A DNA stretch of 64,000 bases from the NCBI GenBank assembly GCA_964443065.1, contig CAYUBJ010000001.1, positions 3,694-67,693 of the forward strand, in the 5' to 3' direction. The stretch's first letter is position 1, and each line of letters begins with the position of its first letter. This DNA comes from an uncultured Rhodoluna sp. GTDB taxonomy: Bacteria; Actinomycetota; Actinomycetes; Actinomycetales; Microbacteriaceae. This document shows, piece by piece, positions 1-11,427 of this stretch. A model generated the notes under the pieces. That model saw only the letters and a program-made list of their open reading frames with translations, searched no databases and was not told the origin of the DNA. The translations under genes were made by a program, and so were the position numbers.

Positions 1-595
1 TGGCAAGGTTGAAGTAGTTGGTAGGCGATACTTCTTGAGCTAGTAGATATGAGTAGACGAAAAATACCGCTGTTCCAATCAGCACTACTCCAGCAACCAA
101 TCCGTCGAGGCCATCGATAAAGTTCACCGCATTCATGATTAGCACTGCCAAGAAAACGGTAACTACGAATGAAACACCGAACGAACCTACCGTTATTCCG
201 AAAATAGGTAGCGAAACAATTTGGACACCATTCCAAGCCAATACGGCCGCAGCGATAAACTGGCCGGCAAGTTTCAAGGTCCAGTCCAAGTCATAAATGT
301 CGTCCAGGAAACCCACTGCGGTGATTATCAACGCGGCTACAGAAATTGCGATGATCGGCGTCGGGTCGCTAAATACCACGTCAAACCAACCAATTGGCGC
401 TGCGATCAAAAGCGATGCGACGAAACCAAGGAACATGGCGACGCCACCGATACGTGGCGTTGGTCGGCTATGCATATCTCTAGATCTGATGGCCTTGGGA
501 TAAATGTCGTATTTTGCCGCAAGTTTTCTAACCAGGAATGTGGCTAAGTAGGTCACCACACCGGCGACCGCCATCAGAAGTAAATAGGCTCTCAA
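1..595 (-). CDS. wecA: MraY/WecA-family undecaprenyl-phosphate GlcNAc-1-P transferase (3' part outside window)
   Basis: Not in ORF track. Read manually from TTG at 595: MRAYLLLMAVAGVVTYLATFLVRKLAAKYDIYPKAIRSRDMHSRPTPRIGGVAMF. Contains H-x3-TPRxGG, D-D and NAVNFIDGLDGL motifs; follows tsaC as is usual in actinobacteria. Confidence 0.9.
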   Translation of the reverse strand, partial: MRAYLLLMAVAGVVTYLATFLVRKLAAKYDIYPKAIRSRDMHSRPTPRIGGVAMFLGFVASLLIAAPIGWFDVVFSDPTPIIAISVAALIITAVGFLDDIYDLDWTLKLAGQFIAAAVLAWNGVQIVSLPIFGITVGSFGVSFVVTVFLAVLIMNAVNFIDGLDGLVAGVVLIGTAVFFVYSYLLAQEVSPTNYFNLA

Positions 596-1291
596 TTACT
601 CGGCTTTCGCCTCTAACAGATCGCCAATAACGGAGCGGATTTTTGCCTCGCTTAGTGCACCACGACGAACAATCTTTACTGTCCCGCTCGTTGAAAGATT
701 CCCATCTTTGTCATAACTGTCAACCAAATTGGTCATGTCGATAATCGTTGAAGCTTCACCCTTGGGGCTGGTTCCTGCATCAAGGAAAACCTCAACCGAA
801 TCTTTCAGGTAATCAAAGGCTTGCTGGCAGGTTGTGGCAGCTGGTTGCCCAGTCAGATTAGCGCTGGACACGGCAAGCGGACCGGTCTCTTCAATTAAGG
901 CCAGTGCAATTTTGTGGTCTGGAACTCGAAGTGCCACTGTGCCTTTAGTCTCACCCAAATCCCAATCGATCGAAGGCTGTGCTTTGAAAATCATGGTGAG
1001 TGCGCCGGGCCAAAAAGTTTCAGCGAGTTTTACAGCTGCATCTGGAATCGACTCGACTAGCGCTCTGGCTTGATTCAAACCAGATACCAATACCGGAGGT
1101 GGAGACTGTCTGCCTCGACCCTTGGCATCCAAAAGTGCTTGAACAGCCTCTGGAGAAAAAGCATTAGCTGCAATCCCATAAACGGTATCGGTAGGAATCA
1201 CTGCCAATTCGGTTCTTCCCAAGGCAACTTTTGCTAAACGCATACCAGTTAGTAGATCGGTATCGATCGCACAATCAAAAACCTTTTGCAT
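596..1291 (-). CDS. tsaC: L-threonylcarbamoyladenylate synthase (Sua5/YrdC)
   Basis: PTDTVYG, K-GR, FWPG and SSANLTG motifs; start placed at ATG 1291 (MQKVFD) to avoid overlap with prmC. Confidence 0.93.
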   Translation of the reverse strand: MQKVFDCAIDTDLLTGMRLAKVALGRTELAVIPTDTVYGIAANAFSPEAVQALLDAKGRGRQSPPPVLVSGLNQARALVESIPDAAVKLAETFWPGALTMIFKAQPSIDWDLGETKGTVALRVPDHKIALALIEETGPLAVSSANLTGQPAATTCQQAFDYLKDSVEVFLDAGTSPKGEASTIIDMTNLVDSYDKDGNLSTSGTVKIVRRGALSEAKIRSVIGDLLEAKAE

Positions 1292-1301
1292 ACCTCGTCC
1301 T

Positions 1302-2153
1302 TTACCTGGTGGCAATGACCATACGGTCACGCCCCGCTAAATCTTTGCCGGTGTAAACATTCTGCCAACCAGAATCAACCAAGATTTGTCGCACTTGGCT
1401 GCCCTGCATGTCAGCATGCTCTATTACTAGTTTCCCACCTGGCCGGACCAATTCCCTTGCTCGCTGGTCAACCTTTCGAACAATATCTAGCCCATCAACC
1501 CCACCGTATAGAGCCAGTTTTGGATCATGAAGATGCACTTCTGGGTAGATCGGAATCATTTCGTTTGGGATATAGGGTGGGTTAGAAATTAGCAAATCTA
1601 CCTTGCCGTTCAATTCTGAGAATGCCTGAGATAAATCTCCCTGCACCAACACTGCCTCGGGAGCATAGTTGGCAAAATTCTGCCTGGTATAAACCAAGGC
1701 TTCTTCACTCAACTCAACGGCAAAAACTTTAGCTGTTGGAATTTCAACTGCCAGTGAGATTGCGATTGCTCCGGAGCCGGTTGCTAAATCAACCACGATC
1801 GGTTCCGCAACATTTAGATTTCGAAGTTCCGCGATGGCTTTTTCCACCACAGTCTCGGTTTCAAACCTTGGCACGAACACCCCAGGTCCGACAATCAATT
1901 CCAGGCTTCGAAAAGCTGCTCTGCCAGTCAAATGTTGCAGGGGTTCCCTTTGTGCTCGCCTAAGTGCTAGCTGCTCAAAAGAATGTCTATCGGCAACAGA
2001 TATTTCGCCATCAGTGATTGCTCTAGAAAGTAGTTCTCCGCGGCTAAGGCCGAGGACATAGGCGAGAAGTATTTCAGCATCAGCCTTGGCTGATTCAATA
2101 CCTGCTTTGGAAAACTTCTCAACAGTTGTTGCCAGAAGTTCCTGGATTTTCAT
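1302..2153 (-). CDS. prmC: Release factor glutamine N5-methyltransferase
   Basis: REPLQH, VFVPRFETE, DLATGSG and SNPPY motifs; downstream of prfA. Confidence 0.96.
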   Translation of the reverse strand: MKIQELLATTVEKFSKAGIESAKADAEILLAYVLGLSRGELLSRAITDGEISVADRHSFEQLALRRAQREPLQHLTGRAAFRSLELIVGPGVFVPRFETETVVEKAIAELRNLNVAEPIVVDLATGSGAIAISLAVEIPTAKVFAVELSEEALVYTRQNFANYAPEAVLVQGDLSQAFSELNGKVDLLISNPPYIPNEMIPIYPEVHLHDPKLALYGGVDGLDIVRKVDQRARELVRPGGKLVIEHADMQGSQVRQILVDSGWQNVYTGKDLAGRDRMVIATR

Positions 2154-3232
2154 TAGCTGGCTTCTCCGAGAGCGGCAAGCCTAGCCTCTTCATCTGCGCT
2201 AATTGCCGATTGGACAACCGGCTCAAGGGCTCCGTCCATTACCTGATCAAGGTTGTATGCCTTGTAGCCGGTTCGGTGATCGGCAATACGGTTTTCCGGG
2301 AAGTTGTAGGTTCTAATTCTTTCGCTACGGTCAACTGTTCTGACCTGTGATTTTCTCGCCGCGCTCTGCTCGGCATCAATTGCCTCCTGCTGGGCAGCTA
2401 GCAATCTAGCTCTCAAAACACGCATCGCTGCTTCACGGTTTTGCAGTTGGGACTTTTCGTTCTGCATCGAGACAACAATTCCGGTTGGCAGGTGTGTGAT
2501 TCTTACCGCCGAGTCGGTTGTGTTTACCGATTGCCCACCTGGGCCTGAAGAACGAAATACATCGATACGGATATCATTCGGACTAATCTCAACTTCTTCA
2601 GGCTCATCAACCTCTGGGAACACTAAAACACCAGCAGCCGAGGTGTGAATTCGACCTTGGGTTTCAGTAACCGGAACGCGCTGAACGCGGTGAACTCCAC
2701 CTTCATATTTCAAGTGTGCCCAAACTCCATCGGCTGGGTCGGAGGAGTTTCCTTTGATTGCCAATTGAACGTCTTTGTAGCCACCCAGATCAGACTCGTT
2801 CTTATCTAGAATCTCTGTCTTCCAACCCTTGGAGTTGGCGTATTGGATATACATTCTCAGAAGATCGGCGGCAAACAGGGCCGATTCAGCACCACCTTCA
2901 CCGGCCTTAATTTCCATGATGACGTCTCTACCATCATCTGGATCTCTAGGAATCAGCAGTCGACGAAGTTTTTCGTTTGCATCGTGCAGCTTTTCCTCTA
3001 GCGAAGGAATCTCTGCCGCAAACTCTTCATCTTCTTTAGCCATTTCTTTGGCGGCAGACAGGTCCTCTTGCAAACTGTTCACACTGTTATATGCAGCGAC
3101 AATCGCGTTTAGTTCGGCATATCTTCGATTTAGTTTCTTAGCCAAAGTAGGGTTAGCGTGCACCGATGCGTCGGATAGTTGACTTTGCAGTTGCGCATGC
3201 TCAGCCAGCAAAGCCTGGACTGAAGCTAGCAT
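2153..3232 (-). CDS. prfA: Peptide chain release factor 1
   Basis: GGQ motif, PVT (PxT) RF1 specificity loop, RTYNF. Confidence 0.98.
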   Translation of the reverse strand: MLASVQALLAEHAQLQSQLSDASVHANPTLAKKLNRRYAELNAIVAAYNSVNSLQEDLSAAKEMAKEDEEFAAEIPSLEEKLHDANEKLRRLLIPRDPDDGRDVIMEIKAGEGGAESALFAADLLRMYIQYANSKGWKTEILDKNESDLGGYKDVQLAIKGNSSDPADGVWAHLKYEGGVHRVQRVPVTETQGRIHTSAAGVLVFPEVDEPEEVEISPNDIRIDVFRSSGPGGQSVNTTDSAVRITHLPTGIVVSMQNEKSQLQNREAAMRVLRARLLAAQQEAIDAEQSAARKSQVRTVDRSERIRTYNFPENRIADHRTGYKAYNLDQVMDGALEPVVQSAISADEEARLAALGEAS

Positions 3233-4722
3233 TATTCTCCGTCAGATCCCTGCGGGACTGGCATTGACTTCTGCACCATCATTAGAAACTCAACGTTGCT
3301 CTTGGTTTCCTTCAGTCGGTTCAATACCAGTTCCAGTGCCTGCTGTTGCTCTAGACCGGCAAGTGCACGACGTAACTTCCAGACAATCTTGGTTTCATCT
3401 GGACTCATCAACATCTCTTCACGTCTAGTTCCAGAGGCGTTGACATCAACTGCAGGGAAGATGCGCTTATCAGCAAGTGAACGAGATAGTCGAAGTTCCA
3501 TGTTTCCAGTTCCCTTGAACTCTTCGAAGATAACCTCATCCATCTTTGATCCGGTCTCAACCAGAGCAGTAGCCAAGATAGTTAGCGATCCACCATCCTC
3601 AATGTTTCTGGCCGCACCGAAAAAGCGCTTTGGTGGGTATAGTGCTGAGGAATCAACACCACCGGAAAGAATACGGCCGGAAGCCGGAGCCGACAGGTTA
3701 TAGGCGCGACCCAAGCGAGTAATCGAGTCAAGTAGCACAACAACGTCATGCCCCATCTCAACCAAGCGCTTTGCCCGCTCGATAGCCAGTTCGGCAACCG
3801 TAGTGTGGTCCTCAGCTGGACGATCGAAGGTAGAGGCAATTACCTCACCCTTGACTGTGCGCTGCATGTCGGTAACTTCCTCAGGGCGCTCATCCACTAG
3901 CACAACCATCAGGTGAACTTCAGGATTGTTTGCCGAGATTGAGTTTGCAATTGCCTGAAGGACCAAAGTCTTACCAGCCTTAGGTGGCGAAACAATTAGT
4001 CCGCGCTGGCCCTTACCAATCGGTGCAACTAGGTCGATGATTCTGGTGCTCAACTTAGTTGGCTCAGTCTCGAGACGAAGTCTGGTCTGTGGGTAGAGCG
4101 GGGTTAGTTTTCCAAATTCAACGCGACCGGCAGCTGCTTCAGGAGTTTGCCCGTTGATTGAATCAACTCGGACAAGAGCGTTAAATTTCTGTCGACCCTG
4201 GTTCTCCCCTTCGCGCGGTTGGCGAATGGCACCGATAACGGCATCACCTTTGCGCATTGAGTACTTCTTAACCTGACCGAGTGAAACATAAACGTCATTT
4301 GGTCCAGCCAGATAGCCGCTGGTGCGAACGAATGCGTAGTTATCCAGGATGTCCAAGATTCCGGCAACCGGAATTAATACATCGTCAGGAGAGATCTCTG
4401 GTTCGGCATCATCACGTTCGTTACGGTTGCGGTTGCGATCGCGGAAACGATCATTACGGTTACGGTTACGACTGCGATTGCGGTTACCGCCTTGACGCTC
4501 TGGTCGTTCACTGTCGTATTCGCGCTGTGGACGTTCTGATTTTTGTTCTTCAGCTACCTCGGCAGTCTTTTCTACCTTAGGTTCTGCTGACACAACTTCC
4601 GCCGCCTCACTGGTCTTACGCGTACGAGTTGTCTTCTTTGGTTCGCCTGCCTCAGCAACTTCCGGAGTCGCGCTTACGCGTCTCGATCGCTTAGGTGCGT
4701 TTTCGTTTTGGACTTCATCCAT
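3232..4722 (-). CDS. rho: Transcription termination factor Rho
   Basis: [28 protein letters not shown] and [11 protein letters not shown] motifs; Arg/Asn-rich N-terminal insertion. Start placed at ATG 4722 after AAGAAAGAG (ORF extends to 4749). Confidence 0.97.
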   Translation of the reverse strand: MDEVQNENAPKRSRRVSATPEVAEAGEPKKTTRTRKTSEAAEVVSAEPKVEKTAEVAEEQKSERPQREYDSERPERQGGNRNRSRNRNRNDRFRDRNRNRNERDDAEPEISPDDVLIPVAGILDILDNYAFVRTSGYLAGPNDVYVSLGQVKKYSMRKGDAVIGAIRQPREGENQGRQKFNALVRVDSINGQTPEAAAGRVEFGKLTPLYPQTRLRLETEPTKLSTRIIDLVAPIGKGQRGLIVSPPKAGKTLVLQAIANSISANNPEVHLMVVLVDERPEEVTDMQRTVKGEVIASTFDRPAEDHTTVAELAIERAKRLVEMGHDVVVLLDSITRLGRAYNLSAPASGRILSGGVDSSALYPPKRFFGAARNIEDGGSLTILATALVETGSKMDEVIFEEFKGTGNMELRLSRSLADKRIFPAVDVNASGTRREEMLMSPDETKIVWKLRRALAGLEQQQALELVLNRLKETKSNVEFLMMVQKSMPVPQGSDGE

Positions 4723-4803
4723 GTAGTTTTGCTCTTTCTTGTATGGCAATCGGTTTCATACTTTGAGGTGGATTGCCCTGATGCACGGCCCTAGCCGTGC
4801 TCT

Positions 4804-4825
4804 ATCCGTAAATCTTTTACGGGAT
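4804..4825. terminator. Hairpin between thrB and rho
   Basis: Imperfect inverted repeat ATCCGTAAA...TTTTACGGGAT; a second hairpin GCACGGC-CCTA-GCCGTGC lies at 4783-4800. No strong U-tract. Confidence 0.4.
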
Positions 4826-4846
4826 TTAGTACCAAATTGCTATGAA

Positions 4847-5782
4847 CTAGCGGTACTGAATAACTGTAGCACCTTTGAAATCAACCGCCAACAATAACGG
4901 CCGCCATTGTGGGAAGTTTTGAGCTGCCAATCTTGCCGCTTCTAGGCGCGAAGCGGGATCACTCGATAAAACCAGCACGGAGGGGCCAGCACCTGAAACC
5001 ACCGCGGCATGTCCAGATTCACGTAATTTGGCTATCAAAGCCTCAGTTTCGGGCATGGCGGCTGCTCGGTAGTTCTGGTGCAATCTGTCTTCCGTAGCTG
5101 CCAAAAGAAGCTCTGGCGACTGAGTGAGAGCCGCAATCAACAGGGCCGATCTCGACACGTTGAAAACAGCATCATCGTGGGGCACCGAATCTGGTTGCAG
5201 GCTTCTGGCCAATTCGGTAGACATTTTGTTTTTCGGAACCAGCACGAGAGGTGAAACTCCTCGGTGAACATAAAGCTTTTTGTGTTTTGGCCCATCCTCG
5301 TCCTGCCAGGCGATGTTCAGTCCACCAAAGAGCGCAGGTGCCACGTTGTCTGGATGACCTTCCAACTCCGTTGCTAGTTCGAGAAGTTTATTTGAGCTGA
5401 TCTCAACAATCCCCTCAAGCAAACCTTTAGCGGCCATGATTCCGGCGACAACTGCAGCACCTGAAGATCCCATCCCCCTGCCGTGCGGGATGTAGTTATG
5501 GGCAACCAAGCGCAGCCCAGGTAGCGGAAGGCGCAATTGCTCAAAGGTATAAACGATTGCCTTAACAATTAGATTCTGCTCGCCGGTAGAGACTTCACCT
5601 TCGCCTTCACCCAAAACCTTTACCTGGATGTCGGGTGCATCTACTGCCTCAACTTCAAGTTCGTCATAAAAAGACAGTGCCAGACCCAATGTGTCAAAAC
5701 CAGGCCCAAGGTTTGCTGAAGTCGCAGGCACTTTAACTACTATCTTGCGACCGATAATTGCATTGGCTTCTTCGAATCTCAT
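4847..5782 (-). CDS. thrB: Homoserine kinase
   Basis: PATSANLGPGFD, PHGRGMGSSG, EGHPDN and SGAGP motifs; ATG 5782 overlaps the thrC stop (ATGA). Confidence 0.96.
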   Translation of the reverse strand: MRFEEANAIIGRKIVVKVPATSANLGPGFDTLGLALSFYDELEVEAVDAPDIQVKVLGEGEGEVSTGEQNLIVKAIVYTFEQLRLPLPGLRLVAHNYIPHGRGMGSSGAAVVAGIMAAKGLLEGIVEISSNKLLELATELEGHPDNVAPALFGGLNIAWQDEDGPKHKKLYVHRGVSPLVLVPKNKMSTELARSLQPDSVPHDDAVFNVSRSALLIAALTQSPELLLAATEDRLHQNYRAAAMPETEALIAKLRESGHAAVVSGAGPSVLVLSSDPASRLEAARLAAQNFPQWRPLLLAVDFKGATVIQYR

Positions 5783-6861
5783 TTGATTCGCTCCAACCCG
5801 AGCAATTCGGCAACCTCGGCAGCATCCTTGGAGCATGAAGTTGGTTGAACTTCATTACCAGCTTCATCCTTGAGTGCCCAACCGACATCCTTTAGGCCGT
5901 GCCCAGTTACCGTTATAACGATCTTTGATTTGGAATCAACTTTGCCTAACTTAGAAAACTTATAGAGGCCAGCAGCGCCAGTTGCTGAAGAAGGTTCAAC
6001 AAAAACCCCAACTTCATTTGAAAGCCAGCGATGCATCCAAAGAATTTCCCGATCAGTTACAAAATCAAACTCTCCGCCAGAAACCTTTTGCGCGTTGATG
6101 GCAAGATCCCAAGATGCTGGGTTGCCAATTCTAATTGCAGTGGCGATGGTTTCGGGTTTGGCAATCGGATGTCCAGCAATAAACGGAGCTGCACCTTCAG
6201 CCTGGAAACCCAGCTGCCTTGGCAAGTTCTTAATCTGACCAGCCTGCTGTAATTCAAGATAGCCCTTGAAATATGCCGAGTAGTTTCCAGCATTGCCAAC
6301 CGGCATCACGTGGTAGTCAGGAGCAAATCCCAGCGCATCGAAAACTTCGAAACTGGCGGTTTTCTGCCCCTCGAGTCGATCAGGATTAACTGAGTTGACC
6401 AAGTGAACCGCATAGTGCTCACTTAAGTCACGAGCTAGAACGAGGCAGTCATCAAAGTTACCCTGAACTTGGAGAATCTCGGCTTTGTGAGCAATGGCCT
6501 GAGCTAACTTGCCCAGAGTGATTTTTCCTTCGGGGATCAGCACGACGGATTTAATCCCAGCCTTTGCCGCATAGGCTGCAGCGCTTGCGGAAGTATTACC
6601 GGTTGATGCGCAGATTACCGCCTTAGCGCCGTGGGCGACTGCCTTGGTTACCGCCATGGTCATACCGCGGTCTTTGAACGAACCGGTTGGGTTCATGCCC
6701 TCAACCTTCAACCACACTTCCCCAGCTCCGACTAACCTTGCCAAGGCAGGGGCATGGACTAAAGCGGTTCCACCTTCACCCAGCGTTACAATCGGCGTAC
6801 TCTTGTCGATGTCAAGTCGATCAATGTATTCGGCGATTACGCCTTGCCAAAGCTTTGCCAT
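5779..6861 (-). CDS. thrC: Threonine synthase
   Basis: NPTGSFKDRG (PLP lysine), ASTGNT, PVGNAGN, TGHGLKD. Confidence 0.97.
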   Translation of the reverse strand: MAKLWQGVIAEYIDRLDIDKSTPIVTLGEGGTALVHAPALARLVGAGEVWLKVEGMNPTGSFKDRGMTMAVTKAVAHGAKAVICASTGNTSASAAAYAAKAGIKSVVLIPEGKITLGKLAQAIAHKAEILQVQGNFDDCLVLARDLSEHYAVHLVNSVNPDRLEGQKTASFEVFDALGFAPDYHVMPVGNAGNYSAYFKGYLELQQAGQIKNLPRQLGFQAEGAAPFIAGHPIAKPETIATAIRIGNPASWDLAINAQKVSGGEFDFVTDREILWMHRWLSNEVGVFVEPSSATGAAGLYKFSKLGKVDSKSKIVITVTGHGLKDVGWALKDEAGNEVQPTSCSKDAAEVAELLGLERIK

Positions 6862-8175
6862 CTACTCTCCCTCGACTCGAATCACCGAGGTGATTTCTTC
6901 AACCGCACTGCTGGCTTGCAGAGCACTTACCACTGCTGCCAGAGAATAATCTGTGGCAAGGTGGGTTCCGATTTCTAGCCATGCAGTTGTTTCCGCCTCA
7001 ATCATCTTGGCCGACTGTTCAACAGTCTCAATCGAAACTCCATGGTCGGCAAAAATATTTGCAATCTGTGCTAATACACCGGGTTGGTCTGACACTGCGA
7101 GAGTGATCTGATACCTGGTTGTGATTCGACTAATCGGTAGCACCGCCAAGTCGGCGTGAGCTGAGTCGGCTAGCCCTGGTCCACCAGCGACATGTCGCTT
7201 AGCAGCTGAAACTAGATCTCCCATGACCGCCGATGCAGTTTGCAAACCTCCGGCTCCAGATCCATAGAACATCAAGGACCCAGCCGCTTCTGCCTCAACG
7301 AAGACCGCGTTGAAGGCACCACGAACCGATGCCAGTGGGTGTTCCAGCGGAATCATGGCCGGATAGACACGAACTGATATTCCCTCGGACTCTTTTTCAG
7401 TTGCCGAAATTTTTTCACAAATCGCTAAAAGCTTTATTACATAGCCATCGCGTTTTGCAGCTGCGATTTGTTCACTGGTGATCTTGCTGATGCCTTCGCG
7501 ATAAACCCTATCGATTGGAACTTCAGTGTGAAACGCTAAAGAAGCGAGGATTGCTGCTTTTTGCGCGGCGTCGTAGCCTTCAATGTCCAGGCTCGGATCG
7601 GCTTCAAGGTAGCCGAGTTTAGTTGCCTCTGCCATGGCCTGCTCCAGTGAGCACCCAGTCGAATCCATCCGATCGAGAATAAAGTTTGTTGAACCGTTGA
7701 CTATTCCCATGATTCGCTTAACTTTGTCACCGGCAAGCGATTCCCGAAGTGGACGAATAATTGGGATTGCTCCGGCTACCGCAGCCTCAAAATATAGTTG
7801 CGCGCCAACTTGTTCAGCTGCTTCAAAAAGTTCTTCACCATTATTAGCCAGCAGTGCTTTGTTGGCGGTAATCACGTCACTGCCGGAATTAAGCGCTTGC
7901 AGAATGTAGGTCCTAGCTGGCTCGATCCCTCCCATTACCTCGATCACAATATCGGCACCCAAAATAAGTGGCTCGGCTTGTGTGGTCAAAAGATTTTCCG
8001 GGATTTGATAGTCGCGCTTAGACTGCTTATCCCGAACTAGAACACCTGCCAATTCCAGTTCGGCACCAACGCGCAAGGCCAATTCTTGTTTATTCTCAAG
8101 CAGAATTTTGGCAACTTGGGATCCGACCGAACCGGCACCCAGCAGGGCGATACGTAATGGGCGATACTCAATCAT
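6862..8175 (-). CDS. hom: Homoserine dehydrogenase with C-terminal ACT domain
   Basis: GAGSVG Rossmann fold, TANKA, EAAVAGAIP, EADP and DQPGVLA (ACT) motifs. Confidence 0.96.
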   Translation of the reverse strand: MIEYRPLRIALLGAGSVGSQVAKILLENKQELALRVGAELELAGVLVRDKQSKRDYQIPENLLTTQAEPLILGADIVIEVMGGIEPARTYILQALNSGSDVITANKALLANNGEELFEAAEQVGAQLYFEAAVAGAIPIIRPLRESLAGDKVKRIMGIVNGSTNFILDRMDSTGCSLEQAMAEATKLGYLEADPSLDIEGYDAAQKAAILASLAFHTEVPIDRVYREGISKITSEQIAAAKRDGYVIKLLAICEKISATEKESEGISVRVYPAMIPLEHPLASVRGAFNAVFVEAEAAGSLMFYGSGAGGLQTASAVMGDLVSAAKRHVAGGPGLADSAHADLAVLPISRITTRYQITLAVSDQPGVLAQIANIFADHGVSIETVEQSAKMIEAETTAWLEIGTHLATDYSLAAVVSALQASSAVEEITSVIRVEGE

Positions 8176-9563
8176 TTGCTCACCTTGGCATCCCTTGCCA
8201 ACAAATCCTGTTCGGTTTCCGCCCTCACCAAAAGCTCTGCTTTACCGTCTGCTACTGCCACCATGGCCGCTCTAGGCAGGTAGTTGTAATTACTTGCCAG
8301 AGAGTAACAATAGGCACCGGTTGTTGCCACAGCCACTAGGTCATTTGGTGAAATATCCTCCGGTAAGTATCCATCTCGAACCACAATGTCACCAGATTCG
8401 CAATGCTTACCAACAACGCGAACGAGCGAAGCGTCAAGCTCTGACCCTCGAGATACCAGCGCAACGGAATAGTCGGCCTTGTAAAGAGCTGGTCGAGCGT
8501 TATCGCTCATCCCGCCGTCGATGCTGACATACTTTCGAACTTCACCTTGATCTCCGACTAGAACATCCTTAGTAGTGCCAACGTTATAAATCGTGATGCC
8601 GGAAGGCCCCGCAATATATCTACCTGGCTCGAAGGCAAGAACTGGAATTGGGATTCCTAGTGCTTCACATTCAGCGGCAACCGCGGAAATAATTTTTTCC
8701 GCTACCAATTCGATTGGCATCGGTTTATCCGCAGGAGTATAGGCAACACCGAATCCGCCCCCAAGATTTAGCTCAGGTATCTCGCCGCCTGAAAGTAGCT
8801 CTGCGTGTAAACGCACCAGTCTTCTTGCTGCCTCAACAAAACCTTCAACTGCAAAAATCTGAGAACCGATGTGAGAGTGCAAACCCATAAATTGCAGATG
8901 CTTATGTGATCTAATCATCTCAACAACTTTTGCAACATCACTTATTGCGATTCCAAATTTCTGGTCTTCTCTTGCGGTGGCTAAATACTCGTGGGTGTGT
9001 GCGTGGACACCACTGTTGACTCTGAGTCGAACCGGTTGAATTCGATCTTGAGCCCCAGCAGCCGAAGCAATACGTTCAACCTCAATTTCACTGTCAATCA
9101 CAACAACACCGATACCAGAAGTTACCGCGCGACCAATCTCACTATGCGATTTATTGTTGCCGTGCAAACCGATCCTCTCGGGTGAAATACCTCCGGCTAG
9201 AGCAACTGCCATTTCACCGTTTGACGAAGTGTCAACAGACATTCCGAGCTGATCCACCCAGCGCACAATTTCTGTTGTGAGTAGCGCCTTGCCCGCGTAG
9301 TAAATTTTTGACTTGGTTCCGTAACGCTTCGCAGCTGCATCAAATGCTTGAATTAGTTTGTTTGCCCTGGTGAAGAAGTCTTTCTTATCAACTACGTAAA
9401 GTGGTGTGCCAAATTGTTGAGCTAAGTCACCAACAGCCACCCCACCGATTAGGCAATGGCCATCCTCACCTCGAACCAAATTGTCTGGCCAGATGCTACC
9501 GTCAAGTTCATTGATGTCGGATGGCTTTACTAACCAGCTCGGTGCTAAAGAATTGTCCATCAC
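8172..9563 (-). CDS. lysA: Diaminopimelate decarboxylase
   Basis: YAGKA, HIGSQ, EPGR and CESGD motifs; argS-lysA operon. Confidence 0.96.
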   Translation of the reverse strand: MMDNSLAPSWLVKPSDINELDGSIWPDNLVRGEDGHCLIGGVAVGDLAQQFGTPLYVVDKKDFFTRANKLIQAFDAAAKRYGTKSKIYYAGKALLTTEIVRWVDQLGMSVDTSSNGEMAVALAGGISPERIGLHGNNKSHSEIGRAVTSGIGVVVIDSEIEVERIASAAGAQDRIQPVRLRVNSGVHAHTHEYLATAREDQKFGIAISDVAKVVEMIRSHKHLQFMGLHSHIGSQIFAVEGFVEAARRLVRLHAELLSGGEIPELNLGGGFGVAYTPADKPMPIELVAEKIISAVAAECEALGIPIPVLAFEPGRYIAGPSGITIYNVGTTKDVLVGDQGEVRKYVSIDGGMSDNARPALYKADYSVALVSRGSELDASLVRVVGKHCESGDIVVRDGYLPEDISPNDLVAVATTGAYCYSLASNYNYLPRAAMVAVADGKAELLVRAETEQDLLARDAKVSK

Positions 9564-11218
9564 TACATCCGCTCCGGTGCGCTTACGCCTAATACCTCAA
9601 GACCGTTGGCCAAGACAACTGCAGCAGCATTGTTCAGCCAAAGCCTGGTTCGATGGATTGATTCAACTGGATTGCCGGAAAGCGGTGTGACTCTGCAATT
9701 GTCATACCAGCGATGGTAGCTACCAGCCACTTCCTCGAGGTATCTAGCCACTAAGTGTGGAGAGCGTTCCTGGGCTGCGTGGCTCATCACAGCTGGAAAC
9801 TGAGCGAGCTTGGCAAGAAGTTCAGATTCGGTTGGGTGACTTAGCAATCCCGGATCAAACTCGCTGTCATCAACTTCTAGGCTGGCAGCATTGTTGCCCA
9901 CCTGCTTGGTTCTGGCGTGCGCATACTGAACATAAAAAACTGGGTTGTCATTGGTCTTTTTTGAAAGCAGGTCCAAATCGATATCCAGCATCGAGTTAAT
10001 GGAAGAACGAGTAAGTGCATAGCGAGCAGCATCAACCCCGACAGCCTCAACCAAATCCTCCATGGTCACTACAGTTCCGGCACGCTTAGACATCCTCACC
10101 GGCTCACCGTTTCGGACCAAGTTGACTAACTGACCGATTAGTATCTCTAGATTTACACCCGGCTCATCACCAAAAGCGGCACACATTGCCATCATTCGTT
10201 GAACGTAACCGTGATGGTCTGCGCCAAGCATGTAGATAGCTCGATCAAAACCACGTTCTCGCTTATTCAAGTAGTAAGCAAGATCACCGGCTATGTAAGC
10301 TGCCTCACCATCGCTTTTGATTACCACTCGATCCCGGTCATCACCAAAGGTTGTCGAACGCAACCATATTGCTCCATCTTCTTCAAAGATGTGACCTAGG
10401 GTTTTCAAACGTTCAATTGCTTTGGCGACCGCTCCACTTTCATATAAGGAGTTCTCGTGGAAAAAAACGTCGAACTTGACCCCAAAATCTTCAAGCGACT
10501 GTTTGATTTCAGCAAACATTAGTTCAACACCGAATGCGCGGAACACTTCAGTAGCCTCTGGGTCTGGAAGGCCAAGCGCTTCTGGATGCTCCGCTAACAC
10601 AGCTTTAGCAATCTGGTTGATGTATTCACCGGCATAACCGTCTTCCGGAGCCGGTTCGCCTTTGGCCGAAGCTAAAAGTGATCTTGCAAATCGATCTATC
10701 TGGGCACCATGGTCGTTGAAGTAATACTCTCTAGTGACATCAGCACCTTGGGCTTGGAATATCCTTGCCAATGAGTCTCCGACCGCCGCCCATCTGGTAC
10801 CACCGATATGCATCGGACCGGTTGGATTTGCAGAGACAAACTCGAGGTTCATCTTTAGCCCAGAATAAAGTTCACCTTTGCCATAATCAGGCCCAGCCAA
10901 AACGATCTGCTTGGCCAGTTCTCCAGCTGCCGCTGCGCTCAAGGTAATGTTGATAAATCCAGGCCCCGCTACATCCACCTTTGCAATGCCTTCGATGGAA
11001 GAAAGCTCCCCAGCCAGCGCAGTGGCCATTTCTCTCGGTGCAATCCCCAGTCGACCAGCAACCTGCATCGCAACATTCGTAGCCCAGTCGCCATGATCGC
11101 GGTTTTTGGGTCTTTCAACGGTCACCGTTTCCGGCAACTCTCCGGCAGGCAGAATTCCATCCTGCTGCAGCTTTTCTAGCGCCAGCAAAATGCAATTGGA
11201 TAGGTCTGCAGGGGTCAA
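9563..11218 (-). CDS. argS: Arginyl-tRNA synthetase
   Basis: [24 protein letters not shown] and YVQYAHAR motifs; start placed at TTG 11218 (MTPADL), ORF open to 11251. Confidence 0.97.
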   Translation of the reverse strand: MTPADLSNCILLALEKLQQDGILPAGELPETVTVERPKNRDHGDWATNVAMQVAGRLGIAPREMATALAGELSSIEGIAKVDVAGPGFINITLSAAAAGELAKQIVLAGPDYGKGELYSGLKMNLEFVSANPTGPMHIGGTRWAAVGDSLARIFQAQGADVTREYYFNDHGAQIDRFARSLLASAKGEPAPEDGYAGEYINQIAKAVLAEHPEALGLPDPEATEVFRAFGVELMFAEIKQSLEDFGVKFDVFFHENSLYESGAVAKAIERLKTLGHIFEEDGAIWLRSTTFGDDRDRVVIKSDGEAAYIAGDLAYYLNKRERGFDRAIYMLGADHHGYVQRMMAMCAAFGDEPGVNLEILIGQLVNLVRNGEPVRMSKRAGTVVTMEDLVEAVGVDAARYALTRSSINSMLDIDLDLLSKKTNDNPVFYVQYAHARTKQVGNNAASLEVDDSEFDPGLLSHPTESELLAKLAQFPAVMSHAAQERSPHLVARYLEEVAGSYHRWYDNCRVTPLSGNPVESIHRTRLWLNNAAAVVLANGLEVLGVSAPERM

Positions 11219-11354
11219 TGAAACACTTTCGATTTTTTGGGCTTTTGGCAAGCCACTCTGCCTGCGCGGGTTTATTGCTCTAGTCTAGCGAACCGCCTCA
11301 ATAAAGGGCAGGTGCCTAATTGGTAGGCGCTGGTAGTCTGGGATAAACCCAGTA

Positions 11355-11426
11355 GCCCCCATAGCTCAGGGGATAGAGCACCGCTCTCCGGAGGCGGGTG
11401 CGCAGGTTCGAATCCTGCTGGGGGCG
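11355..11426 (+). tRNA. tRNA-Arg(CCG), CCA not encoded
   Basis: GCCCCCA/TGGGGGC acceptor stem, anticodon loop CT-CCG-GA, T-loop GTTCGAATCC; divergent from argS. Confidence 0.96.
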
Positions 11427-11427
11427 C

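Noticed and set aside
4415-4490. Short tandem repeats as a CRISPR or contingency locus
   Set aside because: Imperfect codon-level repeats encoding the Arg-Asn tract of Rho; no spacers or cas genes.
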